Shown piece by piece: positions 63,601 through 64,000 of a stretch of DNA of 64,000 nt (positions within the stretch are counted from its first letter, which is position 1; the number at the start of each line of letters is the position of its first letter). The notes under the pieces were generated by a model. It searched no databases. It saw only the letters and a program-made list of their open reading frames with translations, and was not told the DNA's origin. Made by a program: the position numbers and the translations under genes. This DNA comes from Phoronis australis (Eukaryota > Animalia > Phoronida), in contig NMRA01000272.1 in the NCBI GenBank assembly GCA_002633005.1, forward strand, positions 124,001 to 188,000, in the 5' to 3' direction.

Positions 63601-64000
63601 TTGTGGAAAGGATGCTGAAAAATGACTTAAGAATTAGCTTAATGATAAAAAATTGAGCACCTGTTGGCCGACCATAAATATTTACACATTGTCTTGGGTA
63701 GTAATATTTCTTAGCAAAAGTAATCTACATGTGGTCATTCTAGACTAATGATGTTAGGAGTGAAACTGAAGTGACTTGACTAAAAATTGTATCGGTTGTT
63801 TTTTTTTAGCTACGTGTCTACGGGAGAGATTGGTAGTCAGGATGTGGTTGAGCAAATCTCATTTAATATCAGTGACCCCAGCGGTAATACCATCCCACAA
63901 CAGATTCTCTCTGTAGTTGTCCAGCCTGTCAATAACCAGCCACCCATGGCAACTGTGGGCGGCGGCATACAGGTTAGTCAACGTCTACCTCTTTCTTGAA
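21553..64000 (+). CDS. FRAS1: FRAS1 orthologue (extracellular matrix organizing protein), multi-exon gene span, 3'-incomplete in this window
   Basis: 28 phase-compatible GT-AG exons give signal peptide + 6 VWC + 8 furin-like Cys-rich + 6 CSPG repeats. The VWC-FU-CSPG order is diagnostic of FRAS1 rather than FREM1-3. Motifs RFTQEDINQNRVIYRPP and GDRFTYNEVSKNVFFYQHDGS resemble vertebrate FRAS1 as I recall it. Confidence 0.93.
22089..22111 (+). repeat. Poly-A tract (23 nt) in FRAS1 intron 1
   Basis: Direct reading. Confidence 0.9.
23385..23772. mobile_element. Tc1/mariner-type MITE family member; related copies or fragments near 2210-2290, 25915-26100, 55060-55260 and 57115-57351
   Basis: TA|CAATAACATCTCACCAATT ... 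AATTGGTGAGATTTTACTG|TG inverted ends; ATCTCAC.AA.TTCGGACAAAAAT.ATTGC and CCATATTGTG.ACTAAATTGGTGA recur in the other copies. Confidence 0.65.
24861..24892 (+). CDS. FRAS1: FRAS1 exon 2 (32-nt microexon, start of VWC1)
   Basis: TTTCAG|GG...TCA|GTAAGT; (G)DCVLEDQVHS; phase 1 to 0. Confidence 0.85.
31718..32118. mobile_element. PIF/Harbinger-type MITE (401 bp) with CTG TSD
   Basis: TIRs GGCCCGGTCTC(C/T)AATCTTT(T/G)TACTC extending imperfectly further inward; CTG at 31715-31717 and 32119-32121. Confidence 0.85.
32466..32681. mobile_element. TA-flanked MITE (Tc1/mariner-type, 216 bp)
   Basis: TA|TCGTTGACCGGATGGCTGAATGTTA ... TAACATTCACCCATTTGGCCAACAG|TA; internal direct repeat GCTTCTAACA.GAATTA....CCCACGTAATTT. 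Confidence 0.65.
35582..35689 (+). CDS. FRAS1: FRAS1 exon 3 (VWC1)
   Basis: NNSVWRDHPCRVCSCQNAVSVCDPVVCQDPGCSTRR; AG/GTAAGT; phase 0-0. Confidence 0.9.
36416..36764. repeat. 63-bp minisatellite, about 5.5 units, ending at assembly gap
   Basis: Unit AGGATCTACTTGCCCAGTTATCTATGTGCACTGTCTGTATGAGTTACTATATAACTATATATA starts at 36416, 36479, 36542, 36605, 36668, 36731. Confidence 0.95.
36766..37166. repeat. Near-identical second copy of the sequence from 36191 onward, with a shorter (about 2.7 unit) minisatellite; probable haplotype duplicate
   Basis: Sequence after the N at 36765 restarts at TCTTTAACTACTGCAATG, identical to 36191; few SNPs. Confidence 0.85.
42160..42249 (+). CDS. FRAS1: FRAS1 exon 4 (VWC1/2)
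   Basis: GGRLVLDTNSCCPSCMSEKSTCHYNGNTYM; AG/GTGAGT; phase 0-0. Confidence 0.9.
42927..43086 (+). CDS. FRAS1: FRAS1 exon 5 (VWC2)
   Basis: DASVWNPDPCVQCRCTSGDVKC...CCPKCVNSG; AG/GTAAGC; phase 0-1. Confidence 0.9.
43435..43568 (+). CDS. FRAS1: FRAS1 exon 6 (VWC3)
   Basis: ECLYDGQAHIDGSIWQPLPCVQCLCKDGQSVC...CHQ; AG/GTCAGT; phase 1-0. Confidence 0.9.
44196..44279 (+). CDS. FRAS1: FRAS1 exon 7 (VWC3/4)
   Basis: NDTAHITDGQCCPQCRATECKDDRVSYR; AG/GTGAGT; phase 0-0. Confidence 0.9.
44964..45251 (+). CDS. FRAS1: FRAS1 exon 8 (VWC4/5)
   Basis: DGDSWHTTNCTQCMCRLGKSVC...CCPLC...GQMWSTASCEYCSCDRGEVRC...CTK; AG/GTAAGG; phase 0-0. Confidence 0.9.
45772..45858 (+). CDS. FRAS1: FRAS1 exon 9 (VWC5/6)
   Basis: NEILTHKDGRCCPQCMSLKMCDVNGSLVK; AG/GTAACT; phase 0-0. 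Confidence 0.9.
45989..46752. mobile_element. Non-autonomous DNA element with 13-bp inverted repeats, CpG-rich
   Basis: CCTAAAGTCGTGA ... TCACGACTTTAGG perfect inverted pair; the motif recurs subterminally (about 46723-46734) and internally (about 46171); true ends and TSD unresolved. Confidence 0.6.
47048..47148 (+). pseudogene. Tandem duplicate of FRAS1 exon 10 (pseudo-exon or alternative acceptor)
   Basis: TTTGCAG|HGDSWQPVVCTLCLCENGVINCYTACTTGSVKHV, 127 bp upstream of exon 10; no phase-1 donor; read-through ends at TGA inside exon 10. Confidence 0.7.
47175..47307 (+). CDS. FRAS1: FRAS1 exon 10 (atypical VWC6)
   Basis: PGDSWQPDDCTLCLCDGGVIYCYSSCTTGSVKHVQSCSSGTCKS; TTTGTAG/GTGAGT; phase 0-1 fits exons 9 and 11. 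Confidence 0.8.
47714..47931. mobile_element. Palindromic (fold-back) MITE-like element
   Basis: CAGTTTATACAATAGTTGTCCCAA (47761) vs TTGGGCAATTATTGTATAAACTG (ends 47870); outer CCTGATAG / CTATCAGG. Confidence 0.6.
48290..48430 (+). CDS. FRAS1: FRAS1 exon 11 (furin-like repeat 1)
   Basis: TCSSQCVQCSTHHVCEKCKRGYMLHKGECVDSCPAGFYVDLFHVCQ; phase 1-1. Confidence 0.9.
49123..49263 (+). CDS. FRAS1: FRAS1 exon 12 (furin-like repeat 2)
   Basis: CHKSCSQCSDRSPLSCTACPTHLMWTNGQCLSQCPEGYYSKGRVCI; AG/GTAAGT; phase 1-1. Confidence 0.9.
49657..49794 (+). CDS. FRAS1: FRAS1 exon 13 (furin-like repeat 3)
   Basis: CSRDCEQCDDSGNCIKCRRLGKLLHHGKCVDHCPSKYFTRFGRCS; phase 1-1. Confidence 0.9.
50121..50261 (+). CDS. 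FRAS1: FRAS1 exon 14 (furin-like repeat 4)
   Basis: CGKHCLSCYVDKPMCTSCVSGYVFLNGACADSCPKGYYRTPSNICT; phase 1-1. Confidence 0.9.
51011..51154 (+). CDS. FRAS1: FRAS1 exon 15 (furin-like repeat 5)
   Basis: CHPSCSACNGAGDHKCTSCHGRARLHNGACKYGCDVGKYLDHNGFCQ; phase 1-1. Confidence 0.9.
51390..51680 (+). CDS. FRAS1: FRAS1 exon 16 (furin-like repeats 6-7)
   Basis: CDHSCRQC...CVNRCPAGTFGKDGICQPCQSHCASC...CVDDCGPARWPDWKSGKCQ; phase 1-1. Confidence 0.9.
51694..51781. repeat. Perfect 44-bp tandem duplication just after the exon 16 donor
   Basis: TGGGTATCTTGTTAGTTGTTCATAATGTTAATTTGCAGAGTGTT twice. Confidence 0.9.
52120..52260 (+). CDS. FRAS1: FRAS1 exon 17 (furin-like repeat 8)
   Basis: CPSGCLQCDGSHCQACTSGFYLRPSGLCSKKCGKGFIPNQILGVCD; AG/GTAAGT; phase 1-1. 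Confidence 0.9.
53195..53449 (+). CDS. FRAS1: FRAS1 exon 18 (CSPG repeat 1)
   Basis: NKVKPYLKFPHTLRLRVGD...SFQDLDENKIRFLAQSAGK; AG/GTGAGT; phase 1-1. Confidence 0.88.
53880..54080 (+). CDS. FRAS1: FRAS1 exon 19 (CSPG 1/2)
   Basis: VAQIKLYKGD...SPPSVLCNQKQTINSGE...LNFTVLH; AG/GTGAGT; phase 1-1. Confidence 0.88.
54464..54567. repeat. Degenerate 37-bp tandem repeat (about 3 units) upstream of the exon 20 acceptor
   Basis: CAGT.A.CTTTAAACA.TTT.C.TT.TAAA recurs with 37-bp period. Confidence 0.8.
54601..54794 (+). CDS. FRAS1: FRAS1 exon 20 (CSPG 2)
   Basis: SKLGG...FTHKQLVDGEVHYTHHGSSTGTDHLLMQASDGHYTV...KDKK; phase 1-0. Confidence 0.88.
55823..55979 (+). CDS. FRAS1: FRAS1 exon 21 (CSPG 3)
   Basis: DNTLQPVMVTNTGTEVQMGGMVRITSHMLKA...LIYTLSPLTNNPAH; phase 0-1. 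Confidence 0.88.
56402..56583 (+). CDS. FRAS1: FRAS1 exon 22 (CSPG 3)
   Basis: ELLMVVPTP...FLQRDVDEGRMWYRHFKGSTMLQDSVQFQ; phase 1-0. Confidence 0.9.
56760..56899. repeat. 21-bp minisatellite, about 6.6 perfect units
   Basis: (TTATGGGATAGAATTTGTGAA)n. Confidence 0.95.
57664..57786 (+). CDS. FRAS1: FRAS1 exon 23 (CSPG 3/4)
   Basis: ISDTDSPPNVLKEQTFNIGVVKPQSDQAAPTVAPGVRLGMI; AG/GTAAGT; phase 0-0. Confidence 0.88.
58184..58439 (+). CDS. FRAS1: FRAS1 exon 24 (CSPG 4)
   Basis: VQENQLVPITADDLAYTDIDTEDRDIVYTI...RFTQEDINQNRVIYRPP...FSFYFY; phase 0-1. Confidence 0.92.
59075..59338 (+). CDS. FRAS1: FRAS1 exon 25 (CSPG 4/5)
   Basis: SDRASGESLPEQKFTIVVKPVNNMPP...LSVSDPDT...LRP; phase 1-1. Confidence 0.9.
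59365..60059. mobile_element. Harbinger-like MITE whose right TIR is interrupted by a second element
   Basis: Left TIR GGGTATGTTTCATGAAAAGAGACTTAAGACTTAAGTCAGAAATTTTGTCTTAC; its inverted partner is split into GTAAGACCAAATTTTCTGACTAAGTCTTAA (59601-59630) and TTAAGTCACTTTTGATGAAACAGACCC (60033-60059). Confidence 0.8.
59631..60032. mobile_element. Kolobok-like non-autonomous element (402 bp), TTAA TSD
   Basis: TTAA at 59627-59630 and 60033-60036; termini AG...CT (RR...YY); imperfect TIR AGTGGAACTTGCA / TGCAAATACATCT. Confidence 0.7.
60250..60361. repeat. 112-bp inverted repeat (45-bp arms); second copy about 62354-62465
   Basis: GGATAATGGTCGGATACAACGTGCTCGCATTTTGAGAATTAGTTT vs AAACTGGTTCTCAAAATGTGGGCGCGTTATATCCGACTATTGCCC, 36/45 complementary. 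Confidence 0.85.
60582..60788 (+). CDS. FRAS1: FRAS1 exon 26 (CSPG 5/6)
   Basis: DRFTYNEVSKNVFFYQHDGSNRLSDTLQFMVDDGTNKV...TVEVKE; phase 1-1. Confidence 0.9.
61281..61461 (+). CDS. FRAS1: FRAS1 exon 27 (CSPG 6)
   Basis: ESTQISRRHLAFVDRDASDDQVIYTV...RFTQQDVDNDVI; phase 1-2. Confidence 0.9.
61700..61862 (+). CDS. FRAS1: FRAS1 exon 28 (CSPG 6/7)
   Basis: YVSTGEIGSQDVVEQISFNISDPSGN...PVNNQAPMATVGGGIQ; phase 2-0. Confidence 0.9.
62051..62108 (+). CDS. FRAS1: FRAS1 exon 29, truncated by assembly gap
   Basis: TTTTTGCCAG|VPEGGVQVLSPADINVMDI, then N at 62109. Confidence 0.8.
62686..62892 (+). CDS. FRAS1: FRAS1 exon 26, second (probably allelic) copy
   Basis: Same peptide and splice sites as 60582-60788; two synonymous differences seen. 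Confidence 0.75.
63387..63567 (+). CDS. FRAS1: FRAS1 exon 27, second (probably allelic) copy
   Basis: Same peptide and splice sites as 61281-61461; one synonymous difference seen. Confidence 0.75.
63810..63972 (+). CDS. FRAS1: FRAS1 exon 28, second (probably allelic) copy
   Basis: Matches 61700-61862 except A to P (NNQAPM vs NNQPPM). Confidence 0.75.

Larger units (their letters stand above)
62110..64000. repeat. Near-identical second copy of 60006-61889; probable haplotype duplicate at a contig join
   Basis: Sequence after the N at 62109 restarts at TGCAGTCAGGAGTATGCAAATA, as at 60006; scattered SNPs and small indels. Confidence 0.9.

Noticed and set aside
53195-64000. FREM2/FREM1 or CSPG4 as a separate gene
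   Set aside because: Exon 18 is phase-compatible with exon 17 and has no start codon or signal peptide of its own; FREM and CSPG4 proteins lack VWC and FU arrays
1-64000. Prokaryotic or viral system (operon, defence island, CRISPR, endogenous virus, intact transposase or RT)
   Set aside because: The window is spliceosomal-intron DNA throughout; the only long ORFs are the LRR and coiled-coil genes, and I saw no RT, integrase, DDE or capsid motifs

Overview
Eukaryotic, AT-rich, intron-rich animal DNA from a draft assembly (single Ns at 36765, 40027, 62109). It is most likely an invertebrate, inferred from gene structure, mosaic CpG content and MITE types; the taxon cannot be fixed from the sequence. 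There are three protein-coding genes, all on +: (1) a 798-aa LRR-only protein with a single coding exon (5135-7531), probably driven from a promoter with an RFX X-box at 208-221; (2) an intronless 962-aa coiled-coil protein (11541-14429); (3) the 5' part of a FRAS1 orthologue (21553 to beyond the window end). I reconstructed 28 phase-consistent GT-AG coding exons for FRAS1 (1500 codons): signal peptide, 6 VWC modules, 8 furin-like repeats and 6 CSPG/NG2 repeats. Introns and intergenic DNA hold many MITEs (hAT-, Tc1/mariner-, PIF/Harbinger- and Kolobok-like), one nested insertion and minisatellites. Two N-adjacent duplications are most likely haplotype assembly artefacts. I found no rRNA, tRNA, CRISPR or prokaryotic system, and no convincing wholly new biological system. 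The best leads are a tandemly duplicated out-of-frame FRAS1 exon, the X-box/LRR ciliary candidate, and a possible small antisense gene head-to-head with FRAS1. Comparisons with human FRAS1 are from memory, not from a search.
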